A stretch of 64,000 nucleotides of DNA from the human T2T-CHM13v2.0 reference genome, Homo sapiens: NCBI RefSeq assembly GCF_009914755.1, contig NC_060942.1; one strand, given 5' to 3'. Below the pieces are notes generated by a model. It did no database searches. It was not told the DNA's origin and saw nothing but the letters and a program-made list of their open reading frames with translations. Numbering within the stretch: the stretch's first letter is position 1; each line of letters starts with the position of its first letter. Below are positions 28,374 to 41,884 of the stretch, piece after piece. A program made the position numbers and the translations under genes.

Positions 28374-30372
28374 AAAGAAAAAAAACAGACAAAACTGTTA
28401 AAAATAATGAATTTGGTAAAGTTGCAGGATACAAAATCAAAAGTCAGTAGTGTTTTTATACACTAACAAAAAAAATCAACAAAATAATCCTATTTATAAT
28501 GGCTACAGAAAATTAAATAAATCAAATACTTAGAAATAAATTCAACCAAGGAGGTGAAAGACCTGTACACAGAAAACCACATAACATTGATGAAAGAAAT
28601 TGAAGAAGACACAAATAAATGAAAAGATATCCTGTGTTTATGGATTGGAGGAATTAATATTATTAAAGTGTCAGTACCATTCAAAGCTATCTACAGACTC
28701 AATGCCATATCTATCAAAATTCCAATGACATTTTTTATAAAATTGAAAAAACAATTCTAAAATTCTGATGGAATCACAAAAGATCCTGAATAGCCAAAGT
28801 AATGTTGAACAAAAGGAACAAAGCTGGAGGCATCACACTGCCTGACTTCAAAATATACTACAAAGCTAAGTAATCAAAACAACATGGCACTATTGTAAAA
28901 GCAGACACATAGACCAATGGAATAGAATAGAGAGCTCAGAAATAAATCCACACATTTATGGTCAATTGATTTTTGACAAAAGTGCCGAGAACAGTTTCTT
29001 CAATAAATGGTATTGGGAAAACTGTATATCCACATGCAGAAGAATGAATTTAGACACATCTCACATAATATACAAAAATCAACTAACAATGGATTAAAGA
29101 ATGAAATGTAAGACCTAGAACTGTAAAACTACTAGAAGAACACATAGAGGAGGAGCTCCATGATATTGGCCTATGCAATGATTTTTTTGATATTATATGA
29201 CCCAAAAACCACAGGAAATGAAAATGAAAATAGACAAATGGGATTACATCAAACTAATAAGCTTCTGTACAGCAAAGGAAACAATCAACAGTGTGGAGAG
29301 ACAACCTACAGAATGGTAGAAGATATTTGCAACCATCCATCTGATAAGGAGTTAATATCCAAAGTATATAAGGAACTCAAACAACTAAAAAGCAAGAAAA
29401 CAAATAACCTGATTTTTTTTTAATGGGCAAAGGTCCTGAATAGACACTTCTCAAAAGAAGAATGGCCAACAGGTACATGAAAAATGCTCAACATCACTAA
29501 TTATCAAGGAAAAACAAATAAAAGCCTCAATGAGATATCACAATGGTTATTGTCAAACAGACAAAAAAGAATAAGTGTTAGTAAGGATATGTAGAAAAGG
29601 AACCCCTTGCACAACTGCTAATGGGAATGTAAATTAGTAAAGCCATTATGGAAAACAGTATGGAGGTCATTCAAAAAATTAAAAATAAAACTACCATAGG
29701 GTCCAGCAATCCCAGTATTGGTTATTTAGCCAAAGGAAATGAAATCAGTACATCAAAGATATATCCATACTGTCATGCTTACCATAGCATTATTCACAGT
29801 AGCTAAGATAAGGAATCAACCTAAGTGTCCATCAAGAGATGACGAATGGATAAAGAAAATGTGGTACATACACACAAACAAGTAGAGTAGTATTCAGGCT
29901 TTAGAAGGAAATCCACCATGTATTACAACATGGATGAACCTGGACAATATTATGTTAAGTGAAATAAGCCAGACACAGAGCGGAAAAAAATACCATGTGA
30001 TCTCACTTACGTATGGAATCTTAAAAAGTTGAACCCACAGAAGCATAGAGTCCAGTGGTGGTTACTAGAGGCTGGTGGGGAGCTGATGGATTGGGGAGAG
30101 GTTGGTCAAAAGATACAAAATTTCAGTTACATAGGAGGAACAAGTTCAAGAGATCTATTGTACAACATGATAACTATAGTTAATAAAAATCTATTCTTGA
30201 AAATTGCTGAGAGTGGATTTTAAGTTCTGTCTCTATAAAAAAATGTTAAGTATGTGAGGTAATGCATATACTAATTAGCTTGATTTAACCATTCCATTAT
30301 ATATATATATATATATATATATAAACACTACGTTGTACACAATCAATATATACAATTTTGGTTAACTAAAAG
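25945..30372 (+). mobile_element. L1MA (MA4/5-like), ~4.4 kb: inter-ORF region, full-length but disabled ORF2, 3' UTR
   Basis: ORF2 start-like IAVVNPCLSIITLNENRL; RT-region tttgcagacaacatgatc; many frameshifts; L1MA 3' UTR; internal (CA)n 28332-28369 and (TA)n 30298-30322. Confidence 0.93.
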
Positions 30373-30399
30373 TGAATTAACTTATAACAAGATATGTAA

Positions 30400-30509
30400 G
30401 TGCCATCCAGACCTCCTGAGCCAGAAATTCTATGGGTAAATCCCAAGAATCTGTGTTTTGCAAACCCTTTGGGTGATTCTGATATATGCTTAAATTCCAG
30501 GCAACACTG
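30400..30509 (+). mobile_element. MER5A right part
   Basis: ccagacctcctgagccagaaattct...aatctgtgtttt...ggtgattctgat...aacactg continues the left part. Confidence 0.8.
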
Positions 30510-31387
30510 TTCACTTCTTCCAGTTTTGTGAGAAAAATGCAGAGGTACTGGACAGCAAAGTCAGAAGGAACCTCAGATCTCCTGATTTCCCTAAGAATAT
30601 CCCACTGCCATTTAAGTTACCTTGACTTGACTTTGTTATGCCTCAAGACAAAATAAATGTTTAGTGAACATCTTCTCTGTGATATATATGATATACAAAG
30701 TCTGCCTTCATGGAGATATATTTGCAAAGAGGAGGCAGGCAACAAACAAAAACTATGAAGACTACAATATATTTAACAAATACATACATACTCGAATAAA
30801 TTTAATAAATTATATATACACAAGAATATATTTAATAGAATGTTAAAGAGTGCTCATGCCATAAAGACAAATAAAGCACAGTGAAGGGAAAATTAACCAC
30901 AGAGGGTGGAATCTTAGCGTTGTCAGAGAGACCCTCTCTGTAAAAGTAATTTCATGTTTGTTGTTCCAGAGTTACATACTCTCAGCCTGTATCTTGGTTA
31001 ACTCAATTCAATTGCAAGATACTTTTACCCTGTACTGTGTGTTCCAGTTAATAGGGAATATAGTGATAATACTGTACTGTCTCCACCATCCAACACCCTT
31101 TTCTGTGATAATAAATTATATCATTTTTCATATATTTTTGAAAAATCTTTAAGAACAAATTGCCATGCAAAACTGAGGAATGGTACATCTCCTAGATCGG
31201 ACAGTTGTCAATGGCAACAAACGGGCTGCTGTCAGCTCCCGAGGATCTGAAGGCAAATTGCAGATGTCCTGTGATGGACAGCTCCTTACCAGAACCTACC
31301 TCTTGAGGGGATGCACAGTTGAAGGACAACGCTACCTGGTTTGAATAATCAGCATGAATGATCCTGACTTAATGAGTCAAAGCATCC

Positions 31388-31736
31388 TACATTCTTCATT
31401 CTCACACTGCTAAAAACCTGAGATTGGGTAATTTATTTTAAAAAAGAAGTTTAATTGACCCACAGTTCTGCATGGCTAGAGAGGCCTCAGGAGACTTAAA
31501 ATTATGGTGGAAGGTGAAGGGGAATCAAGGCACCTTCTTCACAAGGGCAGCAGGAAGGAGAAGTGCTGAGCAAAGTGGGAGGAGACCCTGACAAAACCTT
31601 CAGATTTCATGAGAACAGCATGGGGGAGAATGCCCCCACGATTCAATTACCTACATCTGGTCTCTCCTAGGTGGGGATTATGGGGATTACAATTCAAGAT
31701 GAGATTTGGGTGGGGACACAAAGCCTAACCATATGA
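31388..31736 (-). mobile_element. THE1D-like MaLR solo LTR
   Basis: gaggcctcagga...ggggattacaattcaagatgagatttgggtggggacacaaagcctaaccatat. Confidence 0.88.
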
Positions 31737-32469
31737 ACGTGACACATAAAAAAATAAATTGCAAGATACCAGTATAGCATCAAGCACGTTTCACCTGATT
31801 ACTAGAACACAGTAGCTTCATCTTATGCAGATAGACAGTGTCAAGACTCTACTTCATGCCTACCTGACTTCCAAACTTGCACCTGACAAGGGCACTACTT
31901 TATTTTACAGATGAGGAAACTCAAGCCCAAGAGATATTAAGTGACTTTTGAAGTTCCAAAATTTGAGGTGCCCTTATCTGCCATTGTTTTACGTAGTAAT
32001 GAAAAAGGATCATACCAAGGGAAAAATATACATGTAATTAATTGAAAGTTGTCACTGTGTGGGAGTTTCCAGGTTGAACGTATGTCCTTATGGGGATGTT
32101 CAAAATAGTATTTAATGAAAGGCTGTGAGAAGGCTAGATTGTTGTCCTGCAGTGCCCTGGGAGTATAAAAATGTTGTCCCTAATGTTTCTATGCTTACTG
32201 ATCTAGTGAAGTATGATTGGGGAGGCCCAAATAGAAGCACGGTTTATGCAAAAAACAAGAAATAAATAAATTAGGAGAAAAGGAAACCCTCTAACCTTGA
32301 TGGGCATTTTCTTTAGGTGGAAATTAAAGAATTTCTAGAGATTGCATTTTTTTAATAAGCAAGCTGGGTTTCATCTTGGGGGTTAAGTGATGGGATAGGG
32401 GAACCTAAGGAAAGCTTTGTCTTTAAAAGGATCATGGTGTTTCAGAAGCTACAAAGCACAGCACAGAGG

Positions 32470-32740
32470 ACATCTAGAGCATGGTACACAGGAGCAAATA
32501 CACAAACTAGGAATTGGGCAATCTGGGTTTTAGACCTTACTGTAACCTAACAATCCTAGCAAAGGCATTAGCAAAATCATGCAAACTCCTCCAGGTTCAG
32601 TTTTTCCGAGTGCTAAGTAGGAACAAGGCTTATTCTCATTTCTCAATGCTATTTTCAGAATTAAATGAAGTAATTATATGTGAAAATATTATGAAACTTA
32701 AAAGCAATATACATACATGTTACTACCTCGATTAAGCATG
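32470..32740 (+). mobile_element. MIR
   Basis: ctaggaattgggcaatctgggttttagacct...gaattaaatgaagtaattatatgtgaaa. Confidence 0.55.
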
Positions 32741-33139
32741 TGACCTGCCACCAAGAGGATGTAGTGCCAAAGGGAGGAGACACCAGCAGAAGAAGGCCAG
32801 GAGTGGCAGGTGTCTGACCCAGGGAGGGCTCTGGTAGCAGAGTAGGGATGGGAGAGACACCCAGGGAGGAAGTCAGAGAAAGCCCATGGCCTGGAGTGTG
32901 TGACCTTGAGAAAATCAATAAAAGAAAATCCAAGGAAAAATACAGAGGCCAGTAGTCAGCAGCAAGAGCCAACTGGAAAGAGAAATGAAAAAGGTAGCCT
33001 AGACCAGATACTCCTGATCAGAAATCTGCAGTGCAACCAAAGTGTATGTGCACTTTTCAGGCTATGTTGGCCCTGAGTGAGGTGAGGGAGGCAAAGTGTG
33101 TTGCCATGTCATTTGAGGCAAAGGCCCCTTCAGGTGGAT

Positions 33140-33255
33140 AGATGGTCCCATCTGGAGGTGATGGGAGACAGTGACAGATCATCAGGCATTAGATTCTCAT
33201 AAGGAACACACAATCTAGATCCCTCCCCTGCATAGTTCACAGTCGGGTTCATGCT
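33140..33255 (-). mobile_element. MER1A internal fragment
   Basis: gtgatgggagacagtgacagatcatcaggcattagattctcataagga is the near reverse complement of 13665-13712. Confidence 0.85.
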
Positions 33256-33637
33256 TATATTAGTCCATTCTCACACTGCTATAAAGAACTATCCGAGACT
33301 GGATAATTTATGAAGAAAAGAGGTTTAGTTGACTCACAGTTCCACAGGATTAACAGGAAGCATGACTGGGAGGCCTCAGGAAATTTACAATCATGGTGGA
33401 AGGTGAGGAGGAAGCAAGGCATGTCTTCTCATGGTAGCATGAAGGAGAGAGAGTGCAAGGGGAAAGTGTCACGCACTTTTAAACCACCAGGTCTCATGAG
33501 AACTCACTATTATGAGAACAGCAAGGGGAAAGTCCACCCCCATGGTTCGGGCACTTTCCACCAGGACCCTCCCCCAACACATGGAGATTACAATTCAAGA
33601 TGAGATTTGGGTGAGTACACAGAGCCAAACCATATCA
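33256..33637 (-). mobile_element. MSTA-like MaLR solo LTR
   Basis: tattagtccattctcacactgctataaagaac...acaggaagcatgactgggaggcctcagg...agccaaaccatatca. Confidence 0.9.
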
Positions 33638-34396
33638 GGTGTCATGCGACTAGCAGAGTTTGAGTGTCCAGATAAGAAAAAAAAAGGTAAGATGGAGAGG
33701 TGGCGAGGTAATCCCTCTTCTCTGATATTTTTTTTCTGAGGTCATTGTGATCAAACCTGACACCCATAGGAATGAAAGGGGAAGGAGCTGCGTGCTCTGT
33801 TCCCTTTAATTCCTACCCGCAGAACAATAACTTGCAATGCAGTAGATCAGGTGAGTCAACACACTGCATCAAGAAAAGCAAGGCAAGGGTTAATGGGAAA
33901 TGAAAGACAGCACAAGGAAGAAAAAAGGGAGGGAGGCGGGCCACACATCCTCCTGTGAGATAAGATTCCCCTAAGGGAAAACTAAATAGAGATGTAGAGA
34001 TACTTCAGGGCTGACATAGAAGGAAGGGAGGGCAAGGAGGGAAGATTCACTTTGCCTTTGTTCACCTTTATATTGTATTATCTCACTTGTTGTGACAAAT
34101 GTGCATTCCTTCTGTGATTTGGAACTCATCAGAGGAAAAACGTTAACTACAAAGCAGTAATATACGATAGAGATAGGTGCTAAAATTTGCATTGTGGCAA
34201 TTACTTGGGACTACGAATAAGGTTAGACCCATCTGCAGTGTCAACGTGATTAGTGCTGCAACTCTGTTTATATTACGATCATGCTTTCACATAAGAATGA
34301 AGCTGCAGGAAAAAATAATTTAAATAAAAGCAAATGAAATGACAAGTAAGAGAAAATCTTATGATAACCACCTAATTCTTCATTCCATCTATGTAT

Positions 34397-34475
34397 TTTA
34401 AGTTGAACTGTGTGAAATTACTTATATTTTACAGTAGAGGTGTGATCTACTGTAATTTCATAGGATTCAATTTTA
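34397..34475. mobile_element. Degenerate MADE2-like mariner MITE
   Basis: Inverted termini agttgaactgtgtgaaattac / gtaatttcataggattcaatt, about 80 bp. Confidence 0.55.
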
Positions 34476-35299
34476 TCTTTTTATCTAGACAGACCGATGG
34501 GTAGATATAGATAGTAGATACATACATACATGCACATATATATGTATATATACAAACATATATGTGTCATTTGAGGCTTTTAATATTTGCTTAAAATTGT
34601 TTGTTTTGGTCCTACTTTCTGTTTCATTAAGTATATTTACGTAAAGATCATCCTGCCAGTTATATGCTTATCCACTTGCACTGTCTATCCTACATTTTAT
34701 GTCTTCTAGGATTTATGGAAAACACAAGTTTCTGTGGACATGATTATGTTTTCCAGAAATAACACACTGTGACTTAAGAGGAGAAATGGAGGAGAGCCAA
34801 ATATATTGATAATAATGACAATGTTAGAAAAAGACCAAACATAGCAATTCATCCTCTATGTAGTGATATTTTCAAAACATAAAATAGGCTCATGACTCCA
34901 TTAGGAGGCCCTCTCCGCTCCCACTGCTCCTATTTTGGGTTATTGAAGAATCAAATTCCAGACACGAAAGGCCTACGGCATTGCCAGGCCCCTTTCCAAA
35001 TCTCCTGATCTACTGGACATTGAAACGACAGCAGCTGCTCCTATATTTTTCTCTGCCAATAGACTTTACCCTTTTATGTCTCTTGTGCTATATGTTCCTC
35101 TTCGAAATAATAGGAACTATGCATAATGACAGTCGTGACCACACATCTCATTATACATAGACCACAGTCCCTATGAGCAAATTAGTGAATTCACCATACA
35201 ACCTTAAAACAGATTAGCAGTAAAGAGACTATGTTTTCAGACCAAAGTTTGGAGACTTGTTACTTTGGAGTATTATATCTTCCTCCACGATAAACATAA

Positions 35300-35490
35300 A
35301 TATTATGTATGGAGCATTTACAGGAGTAAATAAATACTATACTTTTTACTTAGCCTAAGCCATGAAGTAGGTATTATTATCCCCTGTTTTAAAAACACAA
35401 AACCTGGAGCCTTTCAGTGACTTCTCATTAAAGGCAAATTAGGGTTTAAACCAGATCAGTCTACATGGGAACCCTGTACTCTATCTTAGA
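35300..35490 (-). mobile_element. MIR
   Basis: catgaagtaggtattattatcccctgtttta...agggtttaaaccagatcagtct. Confidence 0.6.
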
Positions 35491-36131
35491 CTTTGACTTG
35501 GAGGTTAACTTCAGAGCCGCTGGTGGCGGAACTGTTCGTGACCATTGAATGAAAGCAAATAGGACATAGGAGGAGAAGAGAAGGTCAAAACCATAGCAAA
35601 TTTTAACAGCAAAAACTTCAACAGGGTCTTAGCAAAAATTGCAGCAATATCTACCAGTAGGAACTTGAAGAAAACCCCAAAAGGAAAACAGTCTGTATTT
35701 GGTGCTTCATGTGAAGAGGACAGCAGCATTCTCACACATTTCTTTTTGCCCATGTAAGTAGTAAGTAGACACATACCTTCAATAAACACCAAAGGATGTG
35801 CATATTAAACTGCTAGAGGTGTTATCTTTTGACTATTCTTGAAGAGTAAGCTTTAGTTCCTCGAGTATGGAGCCCAATTCATCCATTTCTTTCTTATTCT
35901 TTCATAAAACATTTTTATACAACTATGGCAGCTGTTCAGTAAATGTTTACGTCTTGAACTGACTCTTCATTTGTGATCAGTACCGTTGATCATTTCAGAT
36001 ATGTTTCAACTTTATTTAGTGAAAGAAGTCCATTTTTCTTCTTACTTAAAAAAAATGAAAATAATAAAAATAATCCTTAAGGTTATTTGACCCTAAAAGA
36101 GGTATCTCCAACATTTACCAAAGTCAGTCTT

Positions 36132-36513
36132 TGTCTTGCTCTACTCAGATTGTCATAACAAAATACCACAGACTGGGTGGTGTAAACAACAGAGATTTAT
36201 TTTCTCACAGTTCTGAAAGCTGAAAGTCTGAGGGCTCTCTTCGTGGCTTGCAGACAGCCGCCTTCTCACTGTGTCCTACAGGGCCATTCCTTTGTGTGTG
36301 TCATGGAGAGAGAGAGGAGAGAGAGAACTGCATTCTCTCTCTCTCTTTCTCTGCTTCTTATAAAGCCATCACTTCTATAGCCTTAGGACCCACCCTTGTG
36401 ACCTCATTTAACCTTAATTACTTCCTAAAAGTCCTGTCTTCAAGTACAGTCACATTGTGAGTGAAGGCTTCAACATATGCATTTTGGAAGGAATGTGATC
36501 CGGTCCTGAGTCA
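36132..36513 (-). mobile_element. MLT1A/B-like MaLR solo LTR
   Basis: cataacaaaataccacagactgggtgg...gacctcatttaaccttaattacttcc. Confidence 0.85.
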
Positions 36514-37080
36514 TCCTCTAACAACGGAGTGTAGTCCAAGATGCCAGTAGTCACACGCTAGATGCAACATGAGCATCCAGAGACCAGTTCACCACCAGCT
36601 GCAACATCTCAGAGAAACTGCCTGGCTACACTTAATCCAATTATGGATTTTATTTCTAGACTAAAGCAAAGGCCCATTTAAACTAAGAAAGCTTGCCAAA
36701 AATCAAAATTCTGAGGTTCGGACTTTCTTAGAGAACTGAGAAACTCAGGAAGATTCCTTGGGACTCCAAACAAAACATACACCATACACCTCCTTCTCCT
36801 ACAAATACCTATGGAAGGAAGGATCCCCTTCAAGTTTAGAACCCATGAACTTTGAGTACCTTATAAAACCACCAGACTCCTGACACTTGCCCAAGATACA
36901 AAGCATCCCTGGCCTGCGAACAGGGGGCATTTTGGCAGCAGGGGCTCTCCCAGAATCATTCTCCTTTGCACGTCCCATTCCAATGCAGTTCCTTCACATC
37001 TTGAGACATCTCAACCAGGAGGGAGTGATGAGAGGAATGTGCTCTGAGATGGCTGAGTTTGTTCTCCGTGGACACCCCTG

Positions 37081-37465
37081 TGCACCAGGCATGGTTCAGG
37101 CAAAGAAGCAGAACCAATGGAAGATAAATATTAAGAGGCTTATTTCGAAGAACTGGCGTATGTGATTGTGGGGTAACACTAGGCAAATCTGAAGTCCAGG
37201 GACCAGGCCTCCAGCAGGTGTAAGCTGGATATGGCCTGAAGTTGCTGTCCACCTGAAGGATTTCTCCTTCACCAGGAAATCCTCAGCCTACTTTTCAGGA
37301 CTTTCAACTGATAGAATCAGGCTCGCCCAAATGACCTAGGATAATCTTCCTCATAACGGACCTTAATCACCTACAAAATACCTTCAGAACAACACCTACA
37401 TGAGCATTTGATTGAATAACTGGGGCTGTAGCCTAGCTATGTTTACACATCCAAAGACCACCACA
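37081..37465 (-). mobile_element. MLT2-family (ERVL) solo LTR
   Basis: aaaataccttcagaacaacacct...tgattgaataactggg...accaccaca; TSD CCCTG/GCCTG. Confidence 0.7.
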
Positions 37466-38260
37466 GCCTGTATACAGTCCCGTGACACTGCTGAAGGCTA
37501 CCAGGCCCCAGGCCAAAAACTGGAGCCACGTAGAGATGATAAAGGCCCCCTAGTTAGATCCTGAGAAGCAACGAGAAAAGCCACAGTCATAGCCCTGGGA
37601 TTTGGCACAACCACCAATAGTCACACAAGCCTCCCACCATCACCAGCAAAACCTGAAGGATACTTCCCATTGGGCTTGCCCTCAGCAGGCTATTGTAAGG
37701 GTTAAGTGGAAGAAATTTTTTAAAATACGGTGAAAACCAAAGTTTTACATACATATAAAGGAGTGCTGTTTTTACTGTTATTATTTTTTGCTATCAGAGA
37801 ATGTTCACTTTTCATCTAGAACCTAGGAATATCCTCACAAGTACACAAGGGTATTAGGCAGTATCATCTCCATAAGAGTAAACTCTTTTTCTATTGTGGA
37901 GTTCCATATATTTCTTACTTTTAACCAGTATCACTCAATCTAATCCATATCAGTATCTTAATCATAGGATAGTAGCCATCTCTTTTAGCATGTATTTCTC
38001 TCAATGGATGAAGAGTATGCATACAATCAAGAAAAAAAATCCCGAGTAAAATGTCATTAATGCACATTTTTAAACCCAAAATGTTTTGCTGCTCATCAAA
38101 CAAGCAAGCAGCTCCTCACAATTCTGCTATCCTGGCTGCAAGAATATGTGAATATCTCTCCTGGGGGAACTCATGCAACTTGCCCAGGATTCATTTTCAT
38201 TCCAGCATGTACAATCCCAGAAATTTAATAGGATTTCAGGCCATCTTTTTGCTTTCTAAC

Positions 38261-38941
38261 TGTGGTAAGAACACTTAACATGAGATCCACCTTCTTGAGA
38301 AATTTTTAAGTGAACAATACAGTGCTAAAATGACAATGTTATATGACAAACCTGTAGAACTTATTCATCTTGCATAACTGAAACTTTAGACCTGTTGAAC
38401 AGCAACTTCCCACTTCCTCCTGCCCGTAGACCTTGAAAAGCATCATTTTACCCTGTTTCTATGAGTTTGATGATTTTAGATACCTCATATAAGTGAAATG
38501 ATGCTGTATTTGTCCTTCTGTGTCAGGTTTATTTCACTTATTATAATGTCCTCCAGATTCATTTGTGTTGTAGCACAGGGGTGTCCAATGTTTTGGCTTC
38601 CCTAGGCCACATTGGAAGAAGAATAATTGTTTTGGGTGACACATAAAATACACTAACACTAACGATAACTGATGAGGTTTACAAAAATTGCAAAAAAAAA
38701 TCTCATAATGTTTAAGAAAGTTTATGGATTTGTGTTGGGCCACATTCGTAGCTGTCCTGGGCTGCAGGTTAGACAGGCTTGTTTTAGCAAATGGCAAGAT
38801 TTCCTCCTTTTTTAAGGCTGAGTAATATTCCATTTTGTGTATATAGACATATAGTGTGTATGTTTACTATATTTTCTTTATTCATTCATCAGTCAACAGA
38901 CAATTAGGTTGTTTCCATATCTTAGCTATTGTGAATAATGT
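38261..38941 (-). mobile_element. L1MA8/9-like 3' end, interrupted by MER30
   Basis: tgtggtaagaacacttaacatgagatc...ttaggttgtttccatatcttagctattgtgaataatg. Confidence 0.85.
38576..38781 (+). mobile_element. MER30 hAT MITE
   Basis: caggggtgtccaat...ggacaagcttg-like ends; 8-bp TSD TTGTAGCA/TTTTAGCA. Confidence 0.9.
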
Positions 38942-39429
38942 TTAGGCCATGATCTTACCACTACCTAGTATCCTATACTAATACTTAACACTAATACCCC
39001 AATCACAAATACTTTAATGAACAAAAATTATTATGCTTGCATTTTCTGCTACATAGATTTTTATACATGCAAACTTAATCAATCTCTGTAAAATAGCAAG
39101 TGTCAGAAGAAAGCAAAAAGCAGAATCCCAAATAATTTTTCCTAGTAATACACACCAGTGGACTTCAAGCAAGAATCAAGCTGCCTCTGTGCATGGGATC
39201 ATCTCCATAGGGTGCGTAGATTACTACTAAGAATGAAAAGTAACAGAGACATTTGGCCTTAAACTTGCTATTTTTAAATCATGTATCTTCCCATCCGGAA
39301 ACTTAACGCAGTATTAACATATAAATTTAAACATACAGAAGCAATAAGAAAATATCATCAGAATGTATTGTTATTAAACTAAAAAAGCTAATTCACTCAA
39401 CAGTTTCTAAATACCAAAATAACATACTC

Positions 39430-39800
39430 TATACACCATGGAATACTATGCAGCCATCAAAAAGAGTGAGATTATATCCTCTGCAGGAACATGGATGGAG
39501 CTGGAGGCCATTATCCTTAGCAAACTTAGGCAGGAACAGAAAACCAAATACTGCATATTCTCACTTATAAGTGGGAGCTAAATGATGGGAACACATGGAC
39601 GCATAGAGGGGAACAACAGACACTGGGACCTATAGAAGGATAGAGGGTGGGAGAAGGGAGGGGATCGGGAAGAATAACTAATGGGTACTAGGCTTTATAC
39701 CTGGGTGATGAAATAATCTGTACAACAAAACTCCCCATGACAAAAGTTTACCTATATAACAAACCTGCACATGAACCCCTGAACTTAAAATAAAAATTAA
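39430..39800 (+). mobile_element. L1PA15/16-like 3' end
   Basis: atacaccatggaatactatgcagcc...aataactaatgggtactaggct...gaacttaaaataaaa. Confidence 0.9.
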
Positions 39801-41001
39801 ATTTTTAAAAAATATTCATTGTCCATTCCTTGATTACATTATCATATTTTTGTTAATACAATCATGTGAACCATGCTATGAAAATTGTATATATATTGGT
39901 TAAAATGGTCTAGAATCCTGAGAAAAGTCAATAATTGAAAGTTACCGATAGGACATACATGTCTGAGTCTCGACTTGCTGCTCATACTCCCTGCATCACA
40001 CTTCCTATGTGGGCCCATATTTCTCTGCTTTCTATTGCACATTCTAACAGCCAGTACCAGGTTTCCCTAAAATACATTATGTCTGCATCTTTTAGGTTCA
40101 GTTCAACTGTCTGTTACGGGGGTGGCAGTGAAGGGAATAAAAAGAAGCTCTCTTAACAAAAGAATTCTGATAAGAGATATATTCTCTAGTGAATCATCCT
40201 CTGAATGTTAACCATCACAGTTTATAGGATATTTACCCCGTAATCTCTTTATTTTCCATCTTTAAAAGTACCCTATTGTGGTATAGCAGTAGTCTCGTAG
40301 AGCAATTTTATGGGGCAGCAAATCTTTGAGAACAATTTTCTATATTCAGAATTAAAACACGCTTCACTCTTTTTAACAATGGCTCTAACAGGATAAAAGC
40401 TTGATTCCAAAACCACAGGAGTCATTCATTTTCTCTTCTTTGTGTCGGTCCTAAAATAATTTTTCCCCTGTGAAAATCACATGAGCTCTCTGATTTTTTT
40501 CCATTTCATATTTGTTGATAGCATGCTATTGTTTTTTTTTTTTTAAAAAAAATCCTTTGAAGACTCTTGCCATCAAAACAATAGCAACAACAAAACTCTA
40601 TGGGTCTTATGAGAAATAATTTAAACAACACTTCTCAGGTAACTGAACTATCCTTACCAGAAATTAATTGTGATTAATAGTTTAATTCAGTTCTCTGAAT
40701 TTTATTGGTAAGAGGGCCACTTACCTAATTTTCTTTTCTCTAGTGAAAAAAACATTGTCTGTATTCACTCTTTCTTTCTCATATATCACGAGGTTATTCA
40801 ACTCTCCCTATGAAACTATCCAGTTGGTCACTATTACATAAATTATCTCATTAAGACTTGATAATGCATTTCATATAAAGGAATGATGGCACTGAAACTT
40901 AGCAGAGTCTTACTGAATAATGGGTAAATGTCAGATCCAGCAAAATTTTGAAGCCTCCACCTTTAGCGTGGGAATTGTTAAATATCACTCCTTATTGACA
41001 T

Positions 41002-41503
41002 TGTCAAGAACTATGAAGGGCCTGAAATTTTACCCTACTTATAAGCTAACAAATTAGCCTGCCACAGTTTCATGGATGTTGGCAGAAGACATGAGACTGC
41101 TGGGTCAGAGACAATGGGCAGTTTATTACTCATAGCAATTGCATTAACAAGAGTATTAGCCTTTTTGATGGCTAATTGAATCCCAATTCCCAAAAGATGA
41201 TGTAAAAAGTTCAGGTGGCACCTGCACATGAAGTAGCTTGTATCACAGGAGGGAAACTACAAGTTTGGGGAACCCCAGTGTTTTATAATAGGCAATAATC
41301 CAGCCTGACATTTCCCCCAGAAAGAGACATTATCTTTTTTGTACTGGAAAAAACAAATCTTCCTTTGGCTTCAGAGGAAGACCTTTGAAGGCCTATGTTT
41401 CTTGACATATCCTCAAAAAGATAATCCAGAACAAGGCAGTCATTGCCTTTGCTCACAAAACATGCAGAAATGCAAAAGACTCACGGAGAACAGTCTATCA
41501 AAA
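41002..41503 (-). mobile_element. Old ERV solo LTR, family not assigned
   Basis: TG start tgtcaagaactatgaaggg; reverse poly(A) signal tttatt near 41122; ~500 bp. Confidence 0.6.
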
Positions 41504-41884
41504 AACGTTCATTTTCTCACTAAATCTGCATCTGTTTACATTTTTTAAAAATACTTTAAATTGTTATACTTGTTGGGACCAGTGTGTTATAATGAAGTTA
41601 TAAAAGTTTTTTTAAAAAAGAAATAGTAATTTCCTTATTCTCATACCTATAGCATACATTGACAATCACATTTAGCTTTATAGTATTTTTACATTTTTAT
41701 TTTATAAAGGATTGTCATTTCCCCATGTCAGGACCAGGCTAAATAATTAAAATACTTTGATTCAACAGGTAATGATTAACAATCAAAAATGTGCAGGGCA
41801 AGATGAGACATCTGTACTTCATTTTGTGTTCCACTCTATCTGTGTACACAGGAGTGAGCTGCTGCATCCATTTTTCATAATTTT

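Noticed and set aside
25945-30372. Reverse transcriptase/endonuclease-like peptides here and at 10453, 50632-51011 and 51686
   Set aside because: Frameshifted L1 ORF2 fossils, not an active or novel retro-system
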